Shown one piece after another: positions 18,080 to 27,700 of a stretch of 30,382 nucleotides of DNA. Location: assembly GCA_001770205.1 (NCBI GenBank), contig MEQL01000048.1, positions 62,001-92,382 of the forward strand, read 5' to 3'. This stretch comes from Bdellovibrionales bacterium RIFOXYD12_FULL_39_22 (GTDB lineage Bacteria; Bdellovibrionota; Bacteriovoracia; Bacteriovoracales; Bacteriovoracaceae). Position 1 is the first letter of the stretch. Each line of letters starts with the position of its first letter. The notes under the pieces were generated by a model. It saw only the letters and a program-made list of their open reading frames with translations. It was not told the origin of the DNA and did no database searches. The position numbers were made by a program, and so were the translations under genes.

Positions 18080-19224
18080 GTAACTTTCTGCATATATGCG
18101 TCAGATAAGACTTGGGCCATATAATTTGCCAAATCAAAATCATCTCCACTTAATAGCTCCCCAGTTTTAAGTAGCAACTCTTTGGTCTGCCAATAATAAT
18201 CTTTCTCTGTTATCCATGGTAACAAAGAATTCAAAATATTAAAATCGCTAAAATCGTCCTGAATTAACTCGGGAAAAACCATAGACTGATGAATGATATT
18301 AGCTAAGGAAAAAAATCCACTATAATTAACAAACGTTTTATAGATAAATTCGTTTAGTAGCGATGTTTTGTAACAAACTACCGTAGGAACAGCAAAAAGT
18401 GCTGTAGTTAATGTCACTGTGCCACTGGCGGCAATGGCACAATCTGACACTAATAGTGCCGAGGCCAATTCCGTATTATTAAAAACTTTATCGAATTTAT
18501 GCTCGAATGGTTGATATATCTGAGGATCAACACTGGGAGATTTTACAATAAAAACTTGGCAACCAAACTTTTCTTTTAAAAAATCGGCGGCCTTAATAAA
18601 GTCGGGTAAAAGATTTGCCACTTCCGAACTTCTACTTCCTGGCAACAGTAGCAGATTAAAATTGTCTGAAGCAAGTGGCCTAATGGGGCCTTCTTGTAGC
18701 GCGGCCAGCTCTTTTTTATAGCGCAAGATTAGAGGATGCATCACTCCTTTTACATTTTCAGATCCTCGCTTTTTAAACCACTCTTTCTCAAAAGGTAAAA
18801 TAGTAAATAGAGTATGCACCACTTGGCCAATTTTTTTTCCCCGCCAAGATTTCCATGCCCAGGCCTGCGGCGCTACATAGTATAAAACGGCCACTCCCAA
18901 TTTCTTTAGTCGTTTGGCCAAGTGTAGATTGTAATCTTGAAAATCAATTAAGATGGCCACGCGACACTCTCTCTCCACGGCCATAGCTTCAATTTTGGAA
19001 AGAGAGCGAAGATAAAAAGGAATTTTTGCCACCACTTCGCTAAAGCCCCAGCTAGAAAAATCCTTAAGGTGATAGACTAATTCTACCCCTTTGGCCTGCA
19101 TCTCATCACCACCTACCCCCCAAAAATGAAAATCCGGCACTTGCAAGGAAAGTGCAGATAAAAAACTAAGCGCATGTTCTTCACCTGATTTTTCTCCCGC
19201 AATGATAAGACAGTTTTTTTTCAT
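18076..19224 (-). CDS. lpxB: Lipid-A-disaccharide synthase
   Basis: AGEKSGE-H, YYVAPQAWAW, ILPFE, LLPGSRSSEV, ASGTVTL, SLANII, PELIQ. Confidence 0.93.
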   Translation of the reverse strand: MKKNCLIIAGEKSGEEHALSFLSALSLQVPDFHFWGVGGDEMQAKGVELVYHLKDFSSWGFSEVVAKIPFYLRSLSKIEAMAVERECRVAILIDFQDYNLHLAKRLKKLGVAVLYYVAPQAWAWKSWRGKKIGQVVHTLFTILPFEKEWFKKRGSENVKGVMHPLILRYKKELAALQEGPIRPLASDNFNLLLLPGSRSSEVANLLPDFIKAADFLKEKFGCQVFIVKSPSVDPQIYQPFEHKFDKVFNNTELASALLVSDCAIAASGTVTLTTALFAVPTVVCYKTSLLNEFIYKTFVNYSGFFSLANIIHQSMVFPELIQDDFSDFNILNSLLPWITEKDYYWQTKELLLKTGELLSGDDFDLANYMAQVLSDAYMQKVT

Positions 19225-19250
19225 GTCCTTGGGTGGTTGTGTATTGATGG

Positions 19251-20081
19251 TTAGGCCATGAATGGAGCAATACCAATTTGAGTCTTTTTGATATCTCTCA
19301 CCATTTCATCGATAAGTGAATTATTTTGATGATTTTTCATATGCTCTTCATGTTCAACAAACGCACGAGGGGAAAGGCCGGAGGCCTCCATATCTCGCAA
19401 AAAATCCACTAGTTCAGAGATCTGATTTTTCGGAATATCCTGGCGACGCATACCCACGATATTTACGCCTTTAAGACGTACTCTATTTCCTACGGCCGTA
19501 CAATAAATTGGAATGTCATGATCGACTGCAGATGCGCCACCAATAAATGCCCCTCGGCCAATAGTTACAAATTGAGAAATGGCCGAACTGCCTCCGATAA
19601 TGGCCCGATCTCCAATGAAAACATGTCCAGCTACATTCACGGAGTTTGCAATTGTGCAATTGTCGCCAACTACCGTATCGTGGCCTAAATGAACATAGGC
19701 CATAAAAAGGGAATTATTTCCAACTTTAGTTATAGCGTCTTGCTTTAGTGTCCCAAGATTAATAGTTACGCACTCGCGAAAGGTATTAGCATCACCAATG
19801 ACTAATTTGGTATCCTCTCCGTTGTATGAGTAATCTTGAGGAATTGCTCCGATCGAGCAAAAGGAAAAGAATTCATTTCCTCGGCCAATAGTAGTATGTC
19901 CGTTGATAATAACATGAGGATGAATAACATTATCATCACCCAATTTAACGTGAGGGCCAATAATGGAGTATGCTCCAATTTTGACATTTTTACCTAACTC
20001 CGCCCCAGGGGCAATGATGGCCGTGGGATGAATATTCTCATTTTTTAAATTGGAAACAACTTCCTTGGATTTATACATCAT
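19251..20081 (-). CDS. lpxA: Acyl-ACP--UDP-N-acetylglucosamine O-acyltransferase
   Basis: IHPTAII, hexapeptide repeats, PQD, MAYVHLGHD, AGHV, GVNIVGMRR. Start at 20081 or 20078. Confidence 0.95.
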   Translation of the reverse strand: MMYKSKEVVSNLKNENIHPTAIIAPGAELGKNVKIGAYSIIGPHVKLGDDNVIHPHVIINGHTTIGRGNEFFSFCSIGAIPQDYSYNGEDTKLVIGDANTFRECVTINLGTLKQDAITKVGNNSLFMAYVHLGHDTVVGDNCTIANSVNVAGHVFIGDRAIIGGSSAISQFVTIGRGAFIGGASAVDHDIPIYCTAVGNRVRLKGVNIVGMRRQDIPKNQISELVDFLRDMEASGLSPRAFVEHEEHMKNHQNNSLIDEMVRDIKKTQIGIAPFMA

Positions 20082-20114
20082 AAAAAACTCCCCCGCATTT
20101 ATGTTAATAGAGCT

Positions 20115-20609
20115 CTATTTTAGTTTGACCGATGCTAATACCGATGCCTCGGACATTAGTGTTCCATTGTTATAAAGCTGACAATCATAAGTCATAATCA
20201 TTCCTCGCGACTTTGTGCAGACGGCATGAATTTCCAAATCCATTCCTGGCAGTACGGGCCTCCTGAATTTAGCGGAGGAGACACCCATCAACGCCACTTC
20301 TATATTCATGGCCAATGGATCTGCTGATAACTTTGTTACAGCAAAACAGGCCGCTTGCGCCATCATCTCAATTTGTACGACTCCGGGTAAAATTGGATTA
20401 TTGGGAAAGTGGCCAGCAAAGATATGTAAATTATTACTCACGTGATAACGCCCAACTACTCGAACACCTTCTAATTCCTTAAGAGAAATAATCACTTCGC
20501 CTGGAATCATTTCGCGAGTTGTTCCTTCCACTGAATCGATAGCATCAATGAATAAAAAAGGATCGCGGTGAGGAAGAAACATCATTACCTGTTCTTTATT
20601 ATAAAGCAT
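20115..20609 (-). CDS. fabZ: 3-hydroxyacyl-ACP dehydratase
   Basis: LPHRDPFLFID, FAGHFP--PILPGV--IEMMAQ, KFRRPVLPG. Located between lpxD and lpxA. Confidence 0.93.
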   Translation of the reverse strand: MLYNKEQVMMFLPHRDPFLFIDAIDSVEGTTREMIPGEVIISLKELEGVRVVGRYHVSNNLHIFAGHFPNNPILPGVVQIEMMAQAACFAVTKLSADPLAMNIEVALMGVSSAKFRRPVLPGMDLEIHAVCTKSRGMIMTYDCQLYNNGTLMSEASVLASVKLK

Positions 20610-20612
20610 ACG

Positions 20613-21656
20613 TCACCCCTCCCCTCGCCCTTCACCTAATGCTTTCTTGCGCAAAAAAGCGACTCCGCGCAACCATTCATTTAACTTTCTGGCCGGATGT
20701 CCTGCAATAATACTTCCGTCTGGCCAATCTTGTGAAACTCCGGCCATTCCCGCCACCTTGCACTGCTTACCAATAACAATATCATTGGTGATTGCCGTTT
20801 TCCCTCCAATTATAGAGTAGTCTAAAACCGTAGAACTTCCGGCCATCCCAACCTGTCCACAAAGAATAACTCCCTTGCCTACATAACAGTTGTGGGCAAC
20901 ATGTACCTGATCATCTAATTTACTTCCTGCTCCGATAAAAGTAGGAGAAAAAGTTCCACAATCAATAGTGACATGCGCCCCCAATTCTACTTCATCTTCA
21001 ATGATGACTCCTCCCACATGCCAAATTTTTTGATGTGCTCCATTAAAAAAATGATAGCCAAAGCCATCTCCGCCAATGATTGAACCAGCATGAATGCGTA
21101 CACTTTTGCCAATTTTCACCAAAGGATAAATTACCACATTAGGAAAAATTATAGTGCCATCACCAACTTCACTGCCGGCCATCAAGGCCACCCCACTCAT
21201 CAGCGTAACATTCTTGCCAATTTTACATTTATCACCAATAAATACATTTTCTGCTATAAGGCAAGACTCTCCAATGGCCGCGCTCTTTAACTGGCGGCCA
21301 TCTTTAAATTCATTTAAATCTTTAAAAATAGCATCATAAAAAGGACGTGATAGTTTTGTAATAGCAATATCTACATCTGCTACGGTGGCCACAAAGGCCA
21401 CCTGCCCATAAAATTTTTCCTGAATGCCATTGAGTGATTGATAGAATTTTTTTTCAATAATTATCCCAATCTCTTGCCAAATTGTATCGAAAAGCTTCTC
21501 AACGACTCGATCATAAAATTTTTTATTTTTTATAAAAACAATCGCTTTTTTCTTGGGATGAGCATAGTGAGCAATTGCTGATATTTCCAACTCCGAAGAT
21601 GATGAAGATATCAGCTCTATGGAATTATCAATTTGAACAAGTTCAGAAAATTTCAT
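20613..21656 (-). CDS. lpxD: UDP-3-O-(3-hydroxyacyl)glucosamine N-acyltransferase
   Basis: Hexapeptide repeats, IGGDGFGY, GGVIIEDEVELGA--TID, HVAHN, GQVGMAGS, GHPA. Confidence 0.93.
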   Translation of the reverse strand: MKFSELVQIDNSIELISSSSSELEISAIAHYAHPKKKAIVFIKNKKFYDRVVEKLFDTIWQEIGIIIEKKFYQSLNGIQEKFYGQVAFVATVADVDIAITKLSRPFYDAIFKDLNEFKDGRQLKSAAIGESCLIAENVFIGDKCKIGKNVTLMSGVALMAGSEVGDGTIIFPNVVIYPLVKIGKSVRIHAGSIIGGDGFGYHFFNGAHQKIWHVGGVIIEDEVELGAHVTIDCGTFSPTFIGAGSKLDDQVHVAHNCYVGKGVILCGQVGMAGSSTVLDYSIIGGKTAITNDIVIGKQCKVAGMAGVSQDWPDGSIIAGHPARKLNEWLRGVAFLRKKALGEGRGEG

Positions 21657-21673
21657 CTGACACGCAGGGCAAT

Positions 21674-22186
21674 CTATTTAGAAGGATATTTTTTATCGTA
21701 AAGGGTAATAACCTCTTCCGTAAGATCTTTTTGATCTTTAGCATAGATAACTGGAGCAGTACTAGATTCAAAAGTCATATCCACTTTTGCCGTAACAGAA
21801 ACTTCCTCTACAATTTTTTGAATTTTTTCTAGAATTGGTTTTTTCATTGTTTGTTCCATATCTTGCAACTCTTTTTGATACTTCATCGAGGCCTGTTGAA
21901 TTTCAACAATTAACTTTTGAATCTCCATCTCTTTTTTCTGTTTAGCATCTGCACTCATTACCAAACTTTGCTTTTGATAATCTTGTTGCATGCCCTTGAT
22001 TTTTTCTTCATCGACCTTGAGAATTTTTTGCTTTTCATCGTAAGCACCTTTTAACTTACTTTTTACCTTTTCTCCCTCTTTTACCGTGACTAAAACTTTT
22101 TGAATATCTACGCTTCCCACCACAATTGCTCCATAAGCGTTAAATCCAAATGCCAAAAACAACCCAAGCAAAAATAGATTTTTCAT
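21674..22186 (-). CDS. skp: Periplasmic chaperone Skp/OmpH
   Basis: Signal peptide, VGSVDIQKV, long helical region, DLTEEVI terminus. Located between bamA and lpxD. Start set at ATG 22186, with GGAG upstream. Confidence 0.88.
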   Translation of the reverse strand: MKNLFLLGLFLAFGFNAYGAIVVGSVDIQKVLVTVKEGEKVKSKLKGAYDEKQKILKVDEEKIKGMQQDYQKQSLVMSADAKQKKEMEIQKLIVEIQQASMKYQKELQDMEQTMKKPILEKIQKIVEEVSVTAKVDMTFESSTAPVIYAKDQKDLTEEVITLYDKKYPSK

Positions 22187-22205
22187 AACGAACTCTCCCT
22201 TATAA

Positions 22206-24542
22206 TTAAAAAATTTGTCCAATATCAAAAGCAAACTTCATATCATTATCTGCGCCCCTGATCTCGCGCAACGGCCAACCAAATTCAAAACGCAAAATAC
22301 CAATTGGTGAAAACCAACGAATCCCCAATCCATAATTAGAGTAAATTGAGTTATCGCCACCTTTGCCAATCATCTCTTCGTAGGTATTTCCCGCATCTAA
22401 AAAAACAACCCATTTAAGTCCGGCCTCTTGGGCCAGTGGATGCTCTAACTCTAGCGAGCCGTAGATGGAAAACAGTCCCCCAATAACCCGCATCTCATCG
22501 TGAGATACACCATCTTTGTCCAAGATGGAAAAACTCTTTTTGGGGCCCATAGCTTTATAATCGTATCCACGCAATGTCCTAAAACCACCCATATAATATT
22601 TCTGTGTAGAAGGAATTTCTTGGCCATTAACCTCTTCCATCTTTCCTACATTGAGGTGTGTGCGCAATACTAGATCCCCAACAATGCCATAAAAATAGCT
22701 TCCATCTGCTTCATGGCGCCACCACTTTTTATCTCCCCCCAGGCCCGCATACTCTGTAGAAAAACTCACCCTATAACCAGCAGAGGGTTCCATGCGATTA
22801 TTTCTAGTGTCTCGCACTACGTTAACAGCAACACTTGAAGCAATTCCATTCTCCAATGCAGCATTCATGGTCGGGTCAGAAGTTTTAGTTAAAACAGTAT
22901 CCTCAAATTTATACGTTACAAAAAGTCTGGTGTAATCAAAAATAGGATGTCCCCCATGAACAGAAAAGCCTTTGTTGCGATAGCGTGAATTTTCATGGCC
23001 ATTAATCTCATCAATATTCAAGGTCCGAAAAATATTCATCCCCGCAGTCCACTGCGTATCCATAAGATAAGGTTCGGTAAAACCCAATTGAAATTTTTGC
23101 TGAGTCTTAGATAGATTGGTGGTAAAGGCCAAGTTTTGGCCACGCCCTAAAAAATTGTTCTCGGCAATTGAAGCATTAAAAAAACCTTTGGTCTGTGTGG
23201 AATAACCGGCACCAACATTAATCTGCCCCGTATTGCGCTCTTTAACAATGATTTCCACATCTAGCACATCATCCTTTCCCGGAGGCGAAACCGTATTGAA
23301 CACCACTCCGCCCACCTCGAAAAAACCAAGACGATTAACATTCTCTTTGGAAATTCGCAAACTCTTACCACTAAAGCGCTCACCCTCCTTAATCAGCAGT
23401 TCACGCCTAATAACTTTATCGCGGGTTCGAGTGTTCCCCTTGACCGAGATCTTTCCAAAATTAGCAAGTTTTCCCTTTTCAAAAGAGAACTCAATATTAA
23501 CTTTGTTTTCTCCGGGAATAACATCTAATGTGCGCAAAACATTGGCAAAGGCATAGCCCTCATCTTGATATTTTTCAGTCAACTGGCGAATATCTAGCTG
23601 CATAGTTTGCTCGGAATAGATATCTCCAGATTTTAATTCTAACGACTCTGTTAACTCTTTTGTGGAGAAAAGAACTTCTCCCTGAAAGGTGATATCGTTA
23701 ATAGAAAACTGTGGCCCCTCCACAACATCTACTGTAACAAAAACCCATTTTTTATCTTCTGAAATGGTAATTTGAGGGGTACCAACTCCAATTTGCAAAT
23801 AACCCTTTGTCTTGTAGAAATATTTAATTCGTTCAATGTCTGTCTGAAAATTAAACTCTTTGAAATTTCCAGAATCATTCATGAAAGAAAAAAGTCCCTC
23901 TTCTCGAACCTCCATAATCCCTTTTAGTTCTTTGTCGGTAAAGGCCTTATTACCTAAGAAGAGAATTCTTTTAACTTTAACTTTATCAAATTCTTTGATG
24001 TCGAAAACTAACTCTATATTATCATCACTCTCTTTTTTTAACTTATAATCAACTGCTGCCAGATAGAACCCTTTTTCTTCATAATATTTCTGCAATGCCC
24101 CCACATCTATCTTCACTGTATTTACGTCCAAGATAGAAAATTCTTTGCTTTTAAGTTGAGAGACTAGATCATCTTGATCTACTTCATTATTTCCTAGGAT
24201 TGTAATTTTGGAGATAAGTGGTTTTTCTTTTACTTTAAAAATCAAAATATTCTTGCCGCCAACATTTTCTCGACTGGCCTCAACTGATTCAAAATACTTC
24301 ATTTCATAGATGCGCTGTAAATCGCGCCGTAGGGTGTAGTTATCCAGCGATTGGCCCGCTTTAATAATAACTTTTTCCAGCACCGCCTCTTTTTCTACTT
24401 TTTTGATACCATCAACGCGAATATCATCAACAATAAAGAGGTCTTTTTTATTGCCCAAATTTTCGGCCGCATAGGCCATACCAATTCCCAGCAAAAAACA
24501 GAGAAAAATAACAGTGATGTTATGCCAAACTTTCCATGTCAT
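22206..24542 (-). CDS. bamA: Outer membrane protein assembly factor BamA
   Basis: Signal peptide, POTRA domains (GNTRTRDKVIRREL), NFLGRGQ, LRGY loop motif, GIRWFSPIG-LRF, C-terminal FAFDIGQIF. Confidence 0.96.
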   Translation of the reverse strand: MTWKVWHNITVIFLCFLLGIGMAYAAENLGNKKDLFIVDDIRVDGIKKVEKEAVLEKVIIKAGQSLDNYTLRRDLQRIYEMKYFESVEASRENVGGKNILIFKVKEKPLISKITILGNNEVDQDDLVSQLKSKEFSILDVNTVKIDVGALQKYYEEKGFYLAAVDYKLKKESDDNIELVFDIKEFDKVKVKRILFLGNKAFTDKELKGIMEVREEGLFSFMNDSGNFKEFNFQTDIERIKYFYKTKGYLQIGVGTPQITISEDKKWVFVTVDVVEGPQFSINDITFQGEVLFSTKELTESLELKSGDIYSEQTMQLDIRQLTEKYQDEGYAFANVLRTLDVIPGENKVNIEFSFEKGKLANFGKISVKGNTRTRDKVIRRELLIKEGERFSGKSLRISKENVNRLGFFEVGGVVFNTVSPPGKDDVLDVEIIVKERNTGQINVGAGYSTQTKGFFNASIAENNFLGRGQNLAFTTNLSKTQQKFQLGFTEPYLMDTQWTAGMNIFRTLNIDEINGHENSRYRNKGFSVHGGHPIFDYTRLFVTYKFEDTVLTKTSDPTMNAALENGIASSVAVNVVRDTRNNRMEPSAGYRVSFSTEYAGLGGDKKWWRHEADGSYFYGIVGDLVLRTHLNVGKMEEVNGQEIPSTQKYYMGGFRTLRGYDYKAMGPKKSFSILDKDGVSHDEMRVIGGLFSIYGSLELEHPLAQEAGLKWVVFLDAGNTYEEMIGKGGDNSIYSNYGLGIRWFSPIGILRFEFGWPLREIRGADNDMKFAFDIGQIF

Positions 24543-24719
24543 ATATCAATAGCGTCCCTTAATGCTACATTTTAGTCAATTAGTCAGGATTAGAAAAGGT
24601 ACCAGTAATCTTCCAAAGTTACAAAACATTTTTTATAACGAACTGCTTTAGTCTGGTATTTTGCGGGGGGTGACACCACAAGACACTCCTGCCAACATTA
24701 TTAAATTTTTTTGGTAATC

Positions 24720-27700
24720 TCATTCAGATATATCTATTCCCGCAAAATATGATTGTGATTCTGCATCAACTGTGGTGAAAGTGCCTCCAACATAAAGCGT
24801 TGTATCAGAAGGCGCCAATGTGTAAACAACATTATTTATAACTGGATTAAAGGCGGTAACAAGGCCAGAGGCAGTATCAATGGCCGCAATTCTGACCCTC
24901 TCTTCTCCACCTATAGTGGTGAAAGATCCTCCCACATAGAGGGTCGTGCCCGAGAGCGCAAGAGCAGAGACCGTGCTTCCTGCATTCAGATCCAATGCGG
25001 TAGCAAGTCCCGTACTAATATCAAGGGCGGCTATTTTATTTCTCGTCTGGCCTCCAATCGTTGTAAAAGTTCCTCCCGCGTATAGCGTTGTTCCAGATAG
25101 TGCCAAGGCGTCAACAGAGGCATCGGAATTCGGATTAAAGTCATTAGTAGCAGTCCCCGTGATAGTGTCAAGGGCCGCAATTCTATTTCGGGCCTTGCCT
25201 CCAACGCTAGTAAAAGTTCCTCCAACGTAAAGTGTTGTGTCAGAAAGCACCATGACACTAACCGAAGCGCTGGCATTAGGATTAAAAGTAGTCGCAAGTC
25301 CTGTACTGGTATCGATGGCCGCGAGATAATTCCGGGCCTGTCCACCGATAAAAGTAAACGCTCCCCCCGCATAAAGAGTTGAATCAGAAATAACCATGGT
25401 AGAAACTGTGCTACTGGCGTTAGGATTAAAGGCGGTGACCATTCCCGTACTGGTATCAATGGCGGCAATTCTATTTCGAGTCTGCCCCCCCATGGTTATA
25501 AAACCTCCACCTGCATAAAGGGTTGAACCAGATAATGCCATGCTATTTACCGTTGCACCGGCGTTAGGGTCAAAATCAGTAATAATGCCGGTAGTAGTGT
25601 CCAGTGCAGCAATCCGATTTCGCATCCGTCCACCGATAGCTGTGAAATTTCCTCCGAGATAGAGCTTTTCACCCGACAGCGCAAATACAAAGACAGTTGC
25701 AGCAGCATTAGGATTAAAATCAGTAATAATGCCAGTGGTGGTATTTACCGAAGCGGCCCTGTTTCGCGCTTGACCTCCAAGCGTTGTAAAAGTTCCTCCA
25801 ACATAGAGCACTTCATCATGAAACGCCAGCGAGTAGACAATGGCATTTGAGTTGGGATCAAAAGTGGTGACAAGCCCCGTAGTAGTATCTATGGCAGCAA
25901 CACTATTTCGAGGTTGGCCTCCAATCGTAGAAAAATTTCCTCCGACGTAAAGAGTTTGATCGGAAAGTACCATGGCAAAAACCCAGCCACTTGAATTCGG
26001 ATCAAAAGCAGTGGCAAGCCCAGTGGTAATATCTATGCCCGCAATTCTATTTCGAGTTTGGCCTCCAATCGTTGTAAAAGCGCCTCCGACATACAGTGTT
26101 TGACCAGAAAGCACTAACACACTGACAGTACTGCCTGCGTTAGGATCAAAACTAGTAGCAACACCTGTGCTTGTATCAATTGCAGCGATTCTATTTCGTA
26201 CCAGTCCTCCAATAGTTGTAAATGTTCCTCCCACATAAAGTGTTTGACCGGAAAGCACCAGCGCAGAAACAGTACTAGAACCACCGGCGTCTGGATTAAA
26301 CTCAGTGGCAAGTCCTGTAGAAGTATCGATGGCCGCAATTCTATTTCGCGTCTGTCCACCAATGGTTGTATAATTTCCTCCAATGTAGATCATAGAACCC
26401 GAAAGTGCCAAAGCATAAACCGAGTTATTTACAGCATTTGGATTAAAGGTGGTGGCAAGTCCTGTAGAAACATCCAGAGCAGCAATTCTATTTCTGCTCT
26501 GGCCTCCGATAGTAATAAAACTTCCTCCGGCGTAGAGTGTTGAACCAGAAAGCGCTAAAGCAAGGATTGTACTGCTGGCATTCGGGTCAAAAGTGGTAGC
26601 AAGTCCTGTAGAAGTATCCAGAGCAGCAATTCTATTTCTGCTCTGGCCTCCAACGGTGGTAAATGCTCCGCCGGCATAAAGCGTTGTGCCAGAAAGTGCT
26701 AGGGCATTGACTGTACTGCTGGCGTTCGGGTTAAAGGTGGTAGCAAGCCCTGTAGAAATATCTAGAGCAGCAATTCTACTTCTAGTCTGACCTCCGATAG
26801 TAATAAAACTTCCTCCAACATAGAGCACTGATCCCCCTGGTATCATAGCATAGACAGGACCGCTAGGATTCGGATTAAAGGTGGTAGCAAGTCCTGTGGT
26901 TGTATCAATGGCAGCCAGATAATTTCGGCTCTGTCCACCAATGGACGAAAAAGATCCTCCGACATAGAGTACTAAACCTGAAAGCGCAAGAGAAGTGACA
27001 TCAGAGCTTGGATTAGAATCAAAGGCCGTGGCAAGTCCGGTGGTTGTATCGATGGCCGCCAGATAATTTCGGGACTGCCCACCAATAGTACTAAAACTTC
27101 CTCCAACATAAAGCGTTGTGCCAGAAAGTGCCATGGCCGCCACCGAACTATCTGCATTCGGATCAAAAGCGGTAATTGTTCCCTCTGAATTAATATGTGC
27201 TATTCTGTTACGAAGTACTCCTCCGATACTAGTAAAAGCCCCCCCCACATAGAATCCTCCAGAACCATCAGAAATTGACACATTAACAACACCATTCACC
27301 TCACCGAATATTTTATTGATGTCGCCCGAAGATGTATCAAACACACTTCCCGAACTTGACATTTGATCACCAACAGAAGAAAAATCTCCTCCAATATATA
27401 GAATTTGTCCCGCAAGTGCCATGGACTTAACATTGCCATTAATCTTCGGCATCCAATCAACTATGGTTTCGTCAGCGAGAATATGGGCCAGGCCTTTCTT
27501 GGCAACTCCACCAATCGCGGTAAAATCTCCTCCGACATAAAATCCTCCAGAACCGTCGGATATAGAAGATGATACAGTCCCAGAAACTTTAAGTGATAAA
27601 TCAGTAAAATCCTTTCCGGAAAGATCATTAGTATCAAATATATGCCCACCACCATTACAAGGGCCGGCCGCAAGAAAACTTCCCCCAAAATACAATATTC

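Noticed and set aside
24543..24719. Possible terminator or sigma-E promoter between the giant gene and bamA
   Set aside because: The G-rich hairpin near 24663-24692 pairs only through G-U on the non-coding strand, and the AACTT...TCTAA spacing is too long for an ECF promoter.
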